From Pseudomonadota bacterium (lineage in GTDB: Bacteria; Pseudomonadota; Gammaproteobacteria; Burkholderiales; DATLHW01): a stretch of DNA of 64,000 bases. The translations under genes and the position numbers were made by a program. The stretch covers positions 19,178-83,177 of the forward strand of contig JAZKCF010000022.1 in assembly GCA_040388195.1 (NCBI GenBank), in the 5' to 3' direction. Shown piece after piece: positions 8,074 through 18,414 of this stretch; the first letter of the stretch is position 1, and every line of letters starts with the position of its first letter. The notes beneath the pieces are model-generated. The model ran no database searches, was not told where the DNA came from, and saw only the letters and a list, made by a program, of their open reading frames with translations.

Positions 8074-11000
8074 TGACGACCGCCTCTCTCTTCACTTGCG
8101 CTGCGACTGTTTGCGCTTGTTCTTCCGCCATTTCAGCCAGTGCGCGGCGATATTCTTGCGGCATCACTTTGACGAACTTGCTTCGGTATTCACTCCAATG
8201 ATCGAGAATCATTTTGGCGCGAGTGCTATTAGTGTATTTAAAATGATTTTGAATAAGTGTACGCAACAACTCGTCGTCGGCGATGCCGAGATGGTTGACG
8301 TTAACTTTGCCGTGGCTTTCGATATTTGCACCGGATTCTTCCAGCGCTTCTTCCTCGTCGGGCACGGCTTCCAAATCCACCATCGCTAAATTGCAACGTT
8401 GTTCGAAATCCCCCGCTTCGTCGAGTACGAAGGCGACGCCGCCACTCATCCCTGCGGCGAAGTTGCGGCCCGCTTGGCCAATCACAACGACGGTGCCGCC
8501 GGTCATGTATTCGCAGCCATGATCGCCGACGCCTTCAACCACCGCGGTTACGCCGGAGTTGCGTACCGCGAAGCGCTCGCCCGCGATGCCGCGGAAATAC
8601 ACTTCACCGGCAATCGCGCCATACAGCACGGTGTTGCCGATGATGATGTTGTCTTCGGCAATGATCGGGCTTTCCTTCGGTGGATAGATTACGATGCGTC
8701 CGCCCGAAATTCCCTTGCCGACGTAGTCATTGGCTTCGCCTTCCAATTCCAATGTAACGCCGCGCGCGAGAAAAGCGCCGAAGCTTTGTCCGGCCGTGCC
8801 TTTAGCTTTGATATGAATTGTGCCGTCCGGTAATCCCGTGTGGCCGTAACGTTTGGCCACTTCACCGGAGAGCATTGCTCCGACGGTGCGATTAACGTTT
8901 TTTACCTGCGTTTCGAACGATACTTTGTTTTTGTTTTCCAGCGCTGGTTTGGCTTTTTCGATCAATTGGTGATCCAAGGCTTTTGCCAAACCGTGTTCTT
9001 GTTTTTCCGAATGGCGGATGGCGACATCGCTACCAACCGTTGGTCGATAAAATAGTTTGGAATAATCCAAACCCATCGCTTTCCAATGGTCGATACCACG
9101 GCGCATATTCAGCATGTCGCTGCGGCCTACCATTTCCTCGAAAGTGCGGAAGCCCATCTTCGCCATGTATTCGCGTACTTCTTCAGCGACGAAGAAAAAG
9201 TAATTCACCACATGCTCAGGCTGGCCGGTAAATTTCTTGATCAGTTCGGGGTCTTGCGTGGCTACGCCGACAGGGCAAGTGTTCAGATGGCATTTGCGCA
9301 TCATGATGCAGCCTTCAACCACTAGCGGTGCAGTAGCGAAACCCATTTCATCGGCACCGATTAATGCGGCAATGACGACATCGCGGCCGGTTTTCAATTG
9401 GCCATCGGCTTGCACCGCAATCCGGCCTCGCAATTTGTTCAGCACCAGCGTTTGTTGTGTTTCAGATAAACCGATTTCCCACGGGCTGCCAGCGTATTTC
9501 AGCGAAGAAAGTGGCGATGCGCCGGTTCCGCCGTCATGACCGGAAATGGTGACGTGATCAGCTTTCGCTTTTGCTACACCAGCGGCAACGGTGCCCACGC
9601 CAATTTCCGACACCAGCTTTACCGAAACGTTGGCTTGCGGGTTCACGTTTTTCAAATCGTGAATAAGCTGCGCTAAATCTTCGATCGAATAAATGTCGTG
9701 ATGCGGTGGCGGCGAAATCAATCCCACGCCGGGCACGGTATGCCGCACTTTGGCAATGTATTTGGAAACTTTATGACCGGGCAATTGACCGCCTTCACCT
9801 GGCTTCGCGCCCTGCGCCATTTTGATTTGCAGCATATCGGCGTTGACTAGATATTCAGCAGTGACGCCAAATCTACCGGCGGCTACTTGCTTAATCGCTG
9901 AACGCATCGAATCGCCATTTTTCAATGTGACGTAGCGGATTGGGTCTTCGCCGCCTTCACCGGTATTCGATTTACCACCGATGCGATTCATTGCAATGGC
10001 AAGTGTCGAATGCGCTTCATGAGAAATGGAACCGAGCGACATCGCGCCGGTGGAAAAACGTTTGACGATTTCTTTGGCTGGCTCGACTTCCTCGATTGAT
10101 ATCGGTTCTCGCGCTTCTTTTATTTCGAACAAGCCGCGTAGTGTCATCAATCGTTCACTCTGATCGTTGATGAGCTTTGCGTATTCCTTGTAAGTCGAAT
10201 AATTACCGGAGCGTGTGGCGTGTTGTAGTTTAGCAATTGAATCCGGTGTCCACATATGCGCTTCGCCGCGAATGCGGAATGCGTATTCCCCGCCCGCATC
10301 TAACGCATTGCGATAGAGTGGGGCGTCGGAATAAGCAAGCCGATGTAAGCGAGCCGCTTCCTCAGCGACTTCCTCAACGCCGATGCCTTCTATCGCAGTG
10401 TCTGTGCCGGTGAAATATTTCTCGATGAACTCGGCGTTAAGTCCGATCGCTTCGAAAATCTGCGCGCCGCAATAAGACTGGTATGTCGAAATACCCATTT
10501 TCGACATGACCTTCAGCAAGCCTTTGGAAATGGCTTTGATGTAGCGTTTGCAAGCTTCCTTATGGGTGATGTCGTGCGGCACGAGATCGCCCAGTGCGGC
10601 GAGCGTGGCGAATGCTAGATTGGGATGAATGGCTTCTGCGCCATATCCTGCAAGCAATGCAAAATGATGCACTTCGCGAGCAGAGCCGGTTTCCACAACC
10701 AAGCCGGTGCGTGTACGCAAACCTCTGCGCACCAAATGTTGATGCACGGCGCTAGTCGCCAATAACGCCGGAATTGCCATTAACTCGGCGCTGATTTGCC
10801 GGTCGGTCAAAATAATAATGTTGGCTGCGCCACGTCGAACGATGTCTTCCGCATCGGCGCACAATTGCGCGAGCGCGGCTTCCATGCCTGTTGCGCCCCA
10901 CGGTGCGGGATAGCACATGGATAGCGTGACAGAACGAAATTCTCCTTCGGTGAGTTCTTCCGTGCGGCTCAGTTTTTCCATGTCATCGAAAGTGAGAATG

Positions 11001-12712
11001 GGCTGACTGACTTCGAGCCGCATATTCGGTCCGGAACCATCCGGGTCGAGTATGTTAGGGCGTGGGCCGATGAAAGAGACCAAGGACATCACCAGCTCTT
11101 CACGGATCGGATCAATCGGCGGATTGGTCACTTGCGCGAAGAGTTGCCGGAAGTAGGCGTATAACGGTTTTGGCCGATTGGAGAGCACGGCTAATGGCGT
11201 GTCGTCACCCATCGAGCCAATAGCTTCTTGCGAAGCCACTGCCATCGGCGCCATTAATAATTTAAGATCTTCTTGGGTGTAGCCGAATGCTTGCTGGCGA
11301 TCCAGTAGCTTGTCTAAATCAGGTGTTGGTACGTGATCCGGCGTTGGAATGTCTTCCAGATGCAGCTGTGTTTTTTCCAGCCACTTGCGATAAGGGCGGA
11401 AGCTGGCGAGTTTGTCTTTGAGTTCCTTGTCGTCGATGATGCGACCTTGTTCAAGATCGACCAGTAACATCTTGCCGGGTTGTAGCCGCCATTTCTTAAG
11501 AATTTTCGATTCTGGAATATCGAGCACGCCCACTTCTGAAGCGAGGATGACCAAATCGTCATCGGTAACCAGATAACGAGCGGGACGTAGTCCATTGCGA
11601 TCCAGCGTGGCGCCGATTTGCCGGCCATCAGTGAATGCGATCGCGGCCGGACCATCCCATGGTTCCATCAAAGCCGCGTGATATTCGTAGAACGCGCGGC
11701 GCTTTTCATCCATCAGCGGATTGCCGGCCCAGGCTTCAGGAATCATCAGCATCATCGCGTGTGCCAGCGAATAGCCGCCCATCAACAGCAACTCAAGCGC
11801 GTTGTCGAACGAAGCGGAGTCGGACTGGCCGTCATAAATCAGCGGCCAGATTTTATGCAGATCGTCGCCGAGTAGTTTGGATGCGATGTTCTGTTGCCGT
11901 GCACGGATCCAATTCACGTTGCCGCGCAACGTATTGATTTCGCCGTTATGCGCGATCAAGCGGAACGGATGTGCTAAATCCCAGGTCGGAAATGTGTTGG
12001 TCGAAAAGCGTTGGTGAACCATCGCGAGCGCCGACGTGACATCGAGGTCTTGCAGATCCTTGTAGTACTCGCCGACTTGATGCGCAAGTAGCATGCCTTT
12101 GTAAACAATGGTGCGTGCCGAAAATGATGGCACATAGTATTCCAGTGCGTGATGCAGGCCGAGTGCGCGAATGGCATGTCCGGCACTTTTGCGAATAATG
12201 TAAAGCTTGCGTTCGAATGCATCGATGTCAGGCGTGGATAGTCCTCTGCCAACGAACACCTGGCGAATAATCGGTTCGATTGCCTTAACGCCTTCGCCGA
12301 GCCCACTATTGTCGACAGGTACATCACGCCAGCCTAAAACCTCTTGACCTTCCGCGACAATGGCGCGTTCCAGTTCGTGCTGACAAGCGATGCGCGCACC
12401 TGGATCGCGCGGTAGGAAAATCAGGCCGACGCCGTATTCGCCCACTTCCGGCAATTCGATGGAAAGCCGCGCGCACTCCCTGCGGAAAAATACATCCGGC
12501 AATTGAATCAAAATGCCGGCGCCGTCGCCTTGCAAAGGGTCTGCTCCGGTCGCGCCGCGGTGAGTCAAATTCTTCAGAATTTGCAGGCCTTGAGCAACGA
12601 TCTCATGGCTTTTTTTGCCTTTGATATGGGCGACAAAACCTAAACCGCAGGCATCGTGCTCGTGACGTGGATCGTACAAACCTTGGCGGATGGGGGCGGC
12701 GGGGTGGCTCAC
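8066..12712 (-). CDS. gltB: Glutamate synthase large subunit
   Basis: 1548 aa. N-terminal amidotransferase region ([18 protein letters not shown]), FMN/3Fe-4S region ([17 protein letters not shown]) and C-terminal GXXG beta-helix repeats ([14 protein letters not shown]..). Confidence 0.97.
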   Translation of the reverse strand: MSHPAAPIRQGLYDPRHEHDACGLGFVAHIKGKKSHEIVAQGLQILKNLTHRGATGADPLQGDGAGILIQLPDVFFRRECARLSIELPEVGEYGVGLIFLPRDPGARIACQHELERAIVAEGQEVLGWRDVPVDNSGLGEGVKAIEPIIRQVFVGRGLSTPDIDAFERKLYIIRKSAGHAIRALGLHHALEYYVPSFSARTIVYKGMLLAHQVGEYYKDLQDLDVTSALAMVHQRFSTNTFPTWDLAHPFRLIAHNGEINTLRGNVNWIRARQQNIASKLLGDDLHKIWPLIYDGQSDSASFDNALELLLMGGYSLAHAMMLMIPEAWAGNPLMDEKRRAFYEYHAALMEPWDGPAAIAFTDGRQIGATLDRNGLRPARYLVTDDDLVILASEVGVLDIPESKILKKWRLQPGKMLLVDLEQGRIIDDKELKDKLASFRPYRKWLEKTQLHLEDIPTPDHVPTPDLDKLLDRQQAFGYTQEDLKLLMAPMAVASQEAIGSMGDDTPLAVLSNRPKPLYAYFRQLFAQVTNPPIDPIREELVMSLVSFIGPRPNILDPDGSGPNMRLEVSQPILTFDDMEKLSRTEELTEGEFRSVTLSMCYPAPWGATGMEAALAQLCADAEDIVRRGAANIIILTDRQISAELMAIPALLATSAVHQHLVRRGLRTRTGLVVETGSAREVHHFALLAGYGAEAIHPNLAFATLAALGDLVPHDITHKEACKRYIKAISKGLLKVMSKMGISTYQSYCGAQIFEAIGLNAEFIEKYFTGTDTAIEGIGVEEVAEEAARLHRLAYSDAPLYRNALDAGGEYAFRIRGEAHMWTPDSIAKLQHATRSGNYSTYKEYAKLINDQSERLMTLRGLFEIKEAREPISIEEVEPAKEIVKRFSTGAMSLGSISHEAHSTLAIAMNRIGGKSNTGEGGEDPIRYVTLKNGDSMRSAIKQVAAGRFGVTAEYLVNADMLQIKMAQGAKPGEGGQLPGHKVSKYIAKVRHTVPGVGLISPPPHHDIYSIEDLAQLIHDLKNVNPQANVSVKLVSEIGVGTVAAGVAKAKADHVTISGHDGGTGASPLSSLKYAGSPWEIGLSETQQTLVLNKLRGRIAVQADGQLKTGRDVVIAALIGADEMGFATAPLVVEGCIMMRKCHLNTCPVGVATQDPELIKKFTGQPEHVVNYFFFVAEEVREYMAKMGFRTFEEMVGRSDMLNMRRGIDHWKAMGLDYSKLFYRPTVGSDVAIRHSEKQEHGLAKALDHQLIEKAKPALENKNKVSFETQVKNVNRTVGAMLSGEVAKRYGHTGLPDGTIHIKAKGTAGQSFGAFLARGVTLELEGEANDYVGKGISGGRIVIYPPKESPIIAEDNIIIGNTVLYGAIAGEVYFRGIAGERFAVRNSGVTAVVEGVGDHGCEYMTGGTVVVIGQAGRNFAAGMSGGVAFVLDEAGDFEQRCNLAMVDLEAVPDEEEALEESGANIESHGKVNVNHLGIADDELLRTLIQNHFKYTNSTRAKMILDHWSEYRSKFVKVMPQEYRRALAEMAEEQAQTVAAQVKREAVVNG

Positions 12713-12760
12713 GTTAATACCTCTAAAATATCTTCAGCGAACAGAGGGCATCGCAAAAGC

Positions 12761-12917
12761 TACTGCGAAGCCCGATTTTAGCTTCGGCCGCAGCTACCGC
12801 TGCTTAACTTGCTGTCGCAAGTTAGCCTGCACTGAAACTGCGTTTTACAACTCAGGCACTCGGCGTACTTCTTTTGTACGCGTCTGCTCGTCGTCGCAAA
12901 CTCGGATTTCTCGCGAC
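12761..12917. repeat. Structured intergenic repeat, copy A (upstream of gltB)
   Basis: Starts with the box TACTGCGAAG and ends with CTCGCGACG. Bases 12857-12917 are roughly three-quarters identical by eye to copy B (28364-28422), including CGCAAACTCGG. Contains several hairpins, for example TAACTTGC-tgtc-GCAAGTTA at 12803-12822 and GCGTAC-ttctttt-GTACGC. Confidence 0.5.
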
Positions 12918-13207
12918 GTGTTGCAACATCTTACAACTGGAAAGATGTCGCCGTTGTTCTGCATTTGAACGGGCTATGAATCGATTGTTCGCGAGAAGAG
13001 CGAAATTTAGCGAAAAGCACTTAATCCTAACTAAAACTATCCATGCCTACAATCTCTTTTTGTGCGTTGCGACAAAAGGATTGGTGGAAGAAAATGTTTA
13101 ACTGGTTAAGGGTGGCTAATAAAATGTTCCAGCGCTGGAGGCGCCGACGTAGACAGTTCAAATAAGTGCGACAAGGAGACGCGACAAGGCAGGGGTCATT
13201 AGTCGCT

Positions 13208-14380
13208 CTAAAACTCTTCTACGGCGAAGAGGCGGCGATACTCCTTATTAGCATATCGATCAGTCATGCCAGCAATATAGTCCGCCACTGCGCGATATCG
13301 ATCTTCTTTGGCGCGTTGCTGGTATTCCATCGGCAGCAATCGTACTTCTTCGCTGAATGCTTTGTATAAAGCTTCGATGATTCGTTCGGCTTTGCTAGTC
13401 ATACGAATGACTTGGTAATGTTGGTAAAGGTTGGTGCGTAAAAAGTGTTTCAGTTCCTGGTTTTCTTTTTTTATTTCTTCGCTAAAACTAATGAGTGGCT
13501 CGGCCTTATGGACATCATCGGTGGATATAACGCCGGTACTGCGGATGTTTTCCACGCTTTGTTGGGTAAGATCCAAAGCAAGCGTGTTGATCATCCGCCG
13601 TACGGTCTCGTGAATAAGTCGCCGGTCTTTTAATCCAGGAAACCGCTTTTCCACTTCGGCAAGATGGCGGGCAAATAAACTGACTTCACGGAGCTGATCA
13701 ACCGTGACGAGGCCAGATCGTAATCCGTCGTCCACATCATGATTGTTATAAGCGACTTCATCCGCCAGATTAGCCACCTGCGCTTCTAGTGACGGTTGTT
13801 GATCGGTCAGGAAACGTTCGCCGATATTGCCTAGTAGCGCCGCATTTTTGCGCGAACAATGTTTTAGAATTCCCTCGCGGGTTTCAAAGCATAAATTCAG
13901 ACCATCAAATGCGGCGTAACGCTGTTCCAGCAAATCCACCACGCGTATCGATTGCAGGTTATGTTCGAAGCCACCGTGTTCGCGCATACATTTGTTCAGC
14001 GCGTCTTGGCCTGCATGGCCGAAAGGGGTGTGGCCGAGATCATGCGCTAATGCAATGGCTTCGGTGAGATCCTCATTCAGGCCAAGGCTTCTCGCTATTG
14101 ATCGTCCTATTTGCGCGACTTCGATGGAGTGCGTCAGGCGTGTGCGGAATAAATCACCCTCGTGATTAACGAAAACTTGTGTTTTATATTCGAGCCGACG
14201 AAATGCTCCCGAGTGGATAATTCGATCGCGGTCACGCTGAAATTCGGTGCGACCGACCGTTTTTTCTTCAGTATGACGGCGACCGCGCGAGTGGTCCGGG
14301 TTGGCTGCGTAAGAGGCTAATTCATGCATGTGTAGTGTGCTGAGCGAGGGTTTCGCGTACGGCTGATTCGGGCGCGTCAT
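13208..14380 (-). CDS. dgt: dGTPase-like HD-domain triphosphohydrolase
   Basis: 390 aa. HD motifs: [16 protein letters not shown] and [11 protein letters not shown]. The real start is more likely the ATG at 14329 (MHELASY..), giving an ATGCATGA overlap with the aroB stop. Confidence 0.88.
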   Translation of the reverse strand: MTRPNQPYAKPSLSTLHMHELASYAANPDHSRGRRHTEEKTVGRTEFQRDRDRIIHSGAFRRLEYKTQVFVNHEGDLFRTRLTHSIEVAQIGRSIARSLGLNEDLTEAIALAHDLGHTPFGHAGQDALNKCMREHGGFEHNLQSIRVVDLLEQRYAAFDGLNLCFETREGILKHCSRKNAALLGNIGERFLTDQQPSLEAQVANLADEVAYNNHDVDDGLRSGLVTVDQLREVSLFARHLAEVEKRFPGLKDRRLIHETVRRMINTLALDLTQQSVENIRSTGVISTDDVHKAEPLISFSEEIKKENQELKHFLRTNLYQHYQVIRMTSKAERIIEALYKAFSEEVRLLPMEYQQRAKEDRYRAVADYIAGMTDRYANKEYRRLFAVEEF

Positions 14381-15410
14381 CAGTGAGGAATGCGTGGCCG
14401 AGATCCTTTAGCAGCACGAAGCGAATCTTGCCGGCATCGACCTTTTTGTCATGTGCCATGAGAGAAATAAATTGATCGGCTGGAATATCCGGGTAAGCAA
14501 TCGGCAAGCGCGCTTTTTGCAAAAGAGTGGCGACTCGCGTAGTTGCGTCGTTGGGAAGAAGCCCGAGGCGGACGGAAAGATCTGTCGCTAAGACCATGCC
14601 TGCCGCAACAGCTTCGCCATGCAACCAGGTGCCGAATCCTAAACCTGCTTCGATGGCATGACCAAAGGTATGACCAAAATTGAGTAAAGCGCGTTCGCCG
14701 GTTTCACGTTCATCGGCAGTAACGACTTCGGCTTTATTAATGCAGGAGCGGGCAATGGCATATTCCAGTGTTTCCGGATCACGGCGCAGTAAAGCTTCCA
14801 TGTTTTCTTCCAGCCACTCCAAAAATGGAAAATCGCGGATCAAACCGTATTTGATTATTTCCGCAAGACCGGCGGAAAGCTCTCGATCGGGCAAAGTGCT
14901 GAGTACCGCTGTGTCGGCGATTACCAGTTTGGGCTGATAAAAAGCGCCAATCATGTTTTTACCGAGCGGGTGATTAATCGCGGTTTTGCCCCCGACGGAG
15001 GAATCTACCTGCGCGAGCAGCGTGGTGGGAATTTGGATAAATGGCATGCCGCGTTGATAAGTGGCTGCTGCAAAACCCGCGACATCGCCGACCACCCCTC
15101 CACCCAACGCAATTAACGTCGTGCTGCGTTCGCAATGTTTAGATAGGAGCGCGTCGAAAATCAAGTTTAGCGTTTGCCACGTTTTATATTGCTCGCCGTC
15201 GGGCAATATCACCGGAATGGCTTCTATACCCTGACTACGTAATCCAGTCAGGAATTCGTCAAGGTAAAGCGGGGCAATAGTTGTGTTCGTTATTACAGCG
15301 GCTTTTGGGCGCGGTAAATGAGGCAGCAAAAGATCTGCGCGTGAAAACAGATTTGTGCCGATGTGAATCGAATAACTACGATCGGCGAGGGCTACATCAA
15401 TGGTTTGCAT
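14322..15410 (-). CDS. aroB: 3-dehydroquinate synthase
   Basis: 362 aa. Motifs: [45 protein letters not shown] and ..HGEAVAAGM. Confidence 0.95.
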   Translation of the reverse strand: MQTIDVALADRSYSIHIGTNLFSRADLLLPHLPRPKAAVITNTTIAPLYLDEFLTGLRSQGIEAIPVILPDGEQYKTWQTLNLIFDALLSKHCERSTTLIALGGGVVGDVAGFAAATYQRGMPFIQIPTTLLAQVDSSVGGKTAINHPLGKNMIGAFYQPKLVIADTAVLSTLPDRELSAGLAEIIKYGLIRDFPFLEWLEENMEALLRRDPETLEYAIARSCINKAEVVTADERETGERALLNFGHTFGHAIEAGLGFGTWLHGEAVAAGMVLATDLSVRLGLLPNDATTRVATLLQKARLPIAYPDIPADQFISLMAHDKKVDAGKIRFVLLKDLGHAFLTDDAPESAVRETLAQHTTHA

Positions 15411-15514
15411 AGAAAATACGAAGACTTAGGGTCTCGGCACTGTAGCACCAAAGGGGATGGCGGAAAAGATCGTCTGCGATATCGTATCGAATGGGGATAC
15501 ATTCATTTGTAAAG

Positions 15515-15539
15515 CGTGGGCGCAAGAGCGGCGCCCACG
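15515..15539 (-). terminator. GC-rich hairpin downstream of the five-gene insert (possible terminator)
   Basis: CGTGGGCGC-aagagcg-GCGCCCACG, a 9-bp perfect stem. The U-tract is weak on either strand. It lies between the end of the 109-aa ORF and the aroB start. Confidence 0.35.
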
Positions 15540-15595
15540 TCTTGATTAGAAGCTGATATTCGGGGGCGAGATCCGAAGGTACAACGAAGGCGACT

Positions 15596-15925
15596 TCATT
15601 GCCCAGACCTGACGTTTTCCGGTTCGACCCAACCAGACAAACCAGCACATCTTCCCGTCAATACTCTGACTTCAATCGAGGCGCGTTTGCTAGTGGCGTC
15701 CACGATTCTGGAGAGAATTTCAGCGTTCGCGCCGTTTTCCGCCGCGCATAGCCAATTCGAGGGCGAGTAATTCGGCGGCGCGGCACCACTCGCGTTGTTG
15801 AGAAGGGGAATTTCCTTTAGCCGATAGCTCGTCAGCATCACGACTTGATTGGCTGCCAAGGCCGATAAAGAAAAGACGCTGGCAACCATAACGGCCAACA
15901 CGTTCCGGACTCGATTATTCGCCAT
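15596..15925 (-). CDS. Small secreted hypothetical protein (109 aa, two Cys)
   Basis: Signal peptide MANNRVRNVLAVMVASVFSLSALAANQ. The start overlaps the upstream BNR ORF by 11 nt. I recognise no family. Confidence 0.55.
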   Translation of the reverse strand: MANNRVRNVLAVMVASVFSLSALAANQVVMLTSYRLKEIPLLNNASGAAPPNYSPSNWLCAAENGANAEILSRIVDATSKRASIEVRVLTGRCAGLSGWVEPENVRSGQ

Positions 15926-16778
15926 AGCGTATTCCTTTCCCAGTGGTCACCATCGAAAATAGCCCCGGTCTTTCAGATCGATTGGGCAAGTCGCCAGCGA
16001 CAGACCAGGTGGCGCCGTTGTCAGGTGATATGAACAAGTAGTGCTGCGACAGTCCGCCTTGATCGTGGAAATAGGCGGCAATGGTGTTGTTGCCCGCATA
16101 GGCGATGTACCAGGGCGTGAAGTAGCCGGGAGCGCCGTAGCGCATGCCCGCTGGAAAGCTAGTGCTGCGCCACATCTGTCCGCCATCCATGGTCACTTGG
16201 ATATCATACGAAGACCCGGTCCATTTGATCGCCATGAACGTATCCGAGCCAATCGAATCGCTAACCAGTGCGCCATCGACATATTTCTTCTTGCCGATAT
16301 ATATCGCGCTATCTCCAGCTACGCTAGCAGGGCTGGGTGAAACGTACCAGCTGAAGCCATTGTCGTCCGAGCGATAGGGGGTACTGACTTGGTCATAACA
16401 GGTAGCAGTAAATCCGCCGCCGATATTCCATTCTGGACAGTTGCGAGGAAAAGGCGACATGAGGCGGGAGCCTATCGACTCAATAGTGTGTGGACCAATC
16501 CTGGTTGGACGGGCGTTAAACGATAAGTCGTCAATAACCCTGGAAAGATTCCAACTCACGCCATAGTCGTTCGACACTAGGATCGGCGTTTGCCATTTCC
16601 AGGGAGTTTGTCCATTCTGTGGCATCGGATTCAACTGCCGTCCGATGTTGATCGTTAATGAATTTCCTAGATAGACAGCGTTCAATCGGCGCAGCGTGTC
16701 TTCAAATGTCGTTGGCATATCCAGTTGGCGCCAGTTCCGCCCGCCATCCTGGCTGATATTCATCGCGTTCAGTACCAC
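15915..16778 (-). CDS. BNR/Asp-box repeat (sialidase-like beta-propeller) protein, possibly the C-terminal part of a frameshifted larger gene
   Basis: Five Asp-box-like motifs (SQDGGRNW, SNDYGVSW, SDDNGFSW, TMDGGQMW, SPDNGATW). There is no signal peptide and no Shine-Dalgarno sequence before GTG 16778 or ATG 16763. The frame stays open upstream to a TAA at 16859-16861. Confidence 0.7.
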   Translation of the reverse strand: MVLNAMNISQDGGRNWRQLDMPTTFEDTLRRLNAVYLGNSLTINIGRQLNPMPQNGQTPWKWQTPILVSNDYGVSWNLSRVIDDLSFNARPTRIGPHTIESIGSRLMSPFPRNCPEWNIGGGFTATCYDQVSTPYRSDDNGFSWYVSPSPASVAGDSAIYIGKKKYVDGALVSDSIGSDTFMAIKWTGSSYDIQVTMDGGQMWRSTSFPAGMRYGAPGYFTPWYIAYAGNNTIAAYFHDQGGLSQHYLFISPDNGATWSVAGDLPNRSERPGLFSMVTTGKGIRYGE

Positions 16779-18414
16779 GTTGTCGCTTATATGTGTCAGT
16801 TTTCCACGATTGAGTGGACTGCCATCGTTGATCGTGCTGACATATTGCGCAGGTAGCGCTTAAGTCGTCCGAGCGGTAAATGTCGAATGTTGTGCCTGAA
16901 CACCCTGGCCGGCAAACAGAGATTAGCATGCCGGTTTTTTGTTCGATGAATTTGGCCACGACTGCGCCGCGCAAGTCTGAATCTTTCTTCTCTTCGCCCA
17001 TATCGCCGTTGAACACCAGCATATATTCGCCGGGATTTTTCGGCGCCGGATTGGCTGATCTTTCAAAGTTAAGCCCACCGACTTCCATACCAGGATTGAT
17101 ATCTAGGAGCCATGATTTGATGAGATAGCGTTTTCCATCCACAGCATCGTAATAAATTTCGAAAGTGCCGTTCATCCGTTCTTCGCCAAGGTTCTTGATA
17201 GCGTGCATTGCAGAGTTTGCGGAGTCGGCAACCCAATCCATCTTGCCACGGAAAAAATAGTTGATGAGGCCGGTGGAATAAGCAACGGCGCGCGGAATGA
17301 GGAACTTGTGCGCCTCGTCGAAATTGAAACGATTCAGTACGAAAAGCCGGTCGATTGTGTAGGTGTTCGCCGAATCAAAATTCAAAGAATCGGGATCCAA
17401 GTAGACGATCGTCCTGCCATACATCTTTAAATCCTGATCGAAAATAGATAGCGTGGAGGCCCTCGGATTAACGCTGGTGGATTGCGTGTACACATCTCGA
17501 ACCGTCGAGGCATAGAACGTCAAGAGGCAAGCGCTGCGGGCGGCGCAACGAGTCTGGAGCGTTGACGGCAACGGCTGGCCCTTTTCAGCCAGGATGTCGA
17601 CGAGTGCCTTTTCTTCCGATGTGCCATTGGGCGCGGGAAGCGCGTATCGAGTGCCAGCCACTGCTTGTCCATTGCGCAGTGTGAAGTTGGTGCCGTCGGT
17701 GACGAAGTTACGGTTGCTGAATTCCCCCATGCCGGCTCCGGTGCCGGTCTTCCAGAAGTCGCGTAGGCGGGAGAACTTTACGGGGCTGTAGCCGGTGATG
17801 GGCAGGTTGGAGCGCACATCATTCGAATATTCTTCGTAGCGGCTGCGGTTCTCGATAGGAAGTTCTTGCTGAGTCCACCCAAGGTTCAGATGGTTATCCA
17901 ACCGTGTATGTTGTGGTTGCGCCATGTCTTGAACGTGATGAATGACATGTCCTAGTGCCTCAAAGGTCAGGCCGAAATATTGTTCCCGATCGGTTTTCGA
18001 AGGCTGCGTGAGGGCTTTGTAGAAATAGTCGCGCGTGTCGCGGAAAGAATAGTTCTGCCGGGGAATTGAACCTTTGTCTTCGAGTGTCCAGGTAGGCGAA
18101 GTGAACGCAACACCGTTGTCGGTGATCGGATCGTAGAAATGGTTGATGGCGCGGATGCTGGTGTCTTCTAAGTTGGCTCCGATTTTAAATAAATTTACAA
18201 TTTCTTGCTGACCATCTGATCCCGGAAACTTTTGCTGCCTATCTAGTGGCTCCAATCCAAGTCGAGCAAGTACGCTGCTATCCGTCTTTAGGACAGAGCC
18301 ATTTAGAGCGGCTTCAGAAAGCGTTTCATGTGTTTGCACTTCATAAGCAAACGCCACTTGTCCCAGCAGTAGTAAGACTAGAGTGGATGCAGATAAGTTT
18401 TTAATATTTTTCAT
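16702..18414 (-). CDS. Secreted zinc-dependent phospholipase C-like protein
   Basis: Motifs resemble alpha-toxin-type Zn-PLC: YEVQTHETL, NHFYDPITDNG and LGHVIHHVQDMAQPQHT (compare FWDPD and LGEAMHYFGDIDTPYHP in C. perfringens alpha-toxin, from memory). I chose the start at ATG 18414 (MKNIKNLSASTLVLLLLGQVAFA signal peptide), which overlaps the upstream stop as ATGA. The ORF track begins at 18453. Confidence 0.72.
   Translation of the reverse strand: MKNIKNLSASTLVLLLLGQVAFAYEVQTHETLSEAALNGSVLKTDSSVLARLGLEPLDRQQKFPGSDGQQEIVNLFKIGANLEDTSIRAINHFYDPITDNGVAFTSPTWTLEDKGSIPRQNYSFRDTRDYFYKALTQPSKTDREQYFGLTFEALGHVIHHVQDMAQPQHTRLDNHLNLGWTQQELPIENRSRYEEYSNDVRSNLPITGYSPVKFSRLRDFWKTGTGAGMGEFSNRNFVTDGTNFTLRNGQAVAGTRYALPAPNGTSEEKALVDILAEKGQPLPSTLQTRCAARSACLLTFYASTVRDVYTQSTSVNPRASTLSIFDQDLKMYGRTIVYLDPDSLNFDSANTYTIDRLFVLNRFNFDEAHKFLIPRAVAYSTGLINYFFRGKMDWVADSANSAMHAIKNLGEERMNGTFEIYYDAVDGKRYLIKSWLLDINPGMEVGGLNFERSANPAPKNPGEYMLVFNGDMGEEKKDSDLRGAVVAKFIEQKTGMLISVCRPGCSGTTFDIYRSDDLSATCAICQHDQRWQSTQSWKTDTYKRQRGTERDEYQPGWRAELAPTGYANDI

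Noticed and set aside
8036-12327. Numerous 70-145-aa ORFs on the plus strand or in other frames across gltD/gltB (for example 8399-8833, 9237-9539, 11635-11937, 11974-12327).
   Set aside because: All lie inside the strongly supported gltB/gltD reading frames, have Arg/Ser/Pro-rich compositions typical of off-frame translation, and contain no recognisable motifs.
15397-15648. 83-aa minus-strand ORF bridging the insert/aroB spacer and overlapping the aroB start.
   Set aside because: It has no RBS, overlaps the aroB start and the end of the 109-aa ORF, and contains the GC-rich hairpin. It is more likely noncoding.
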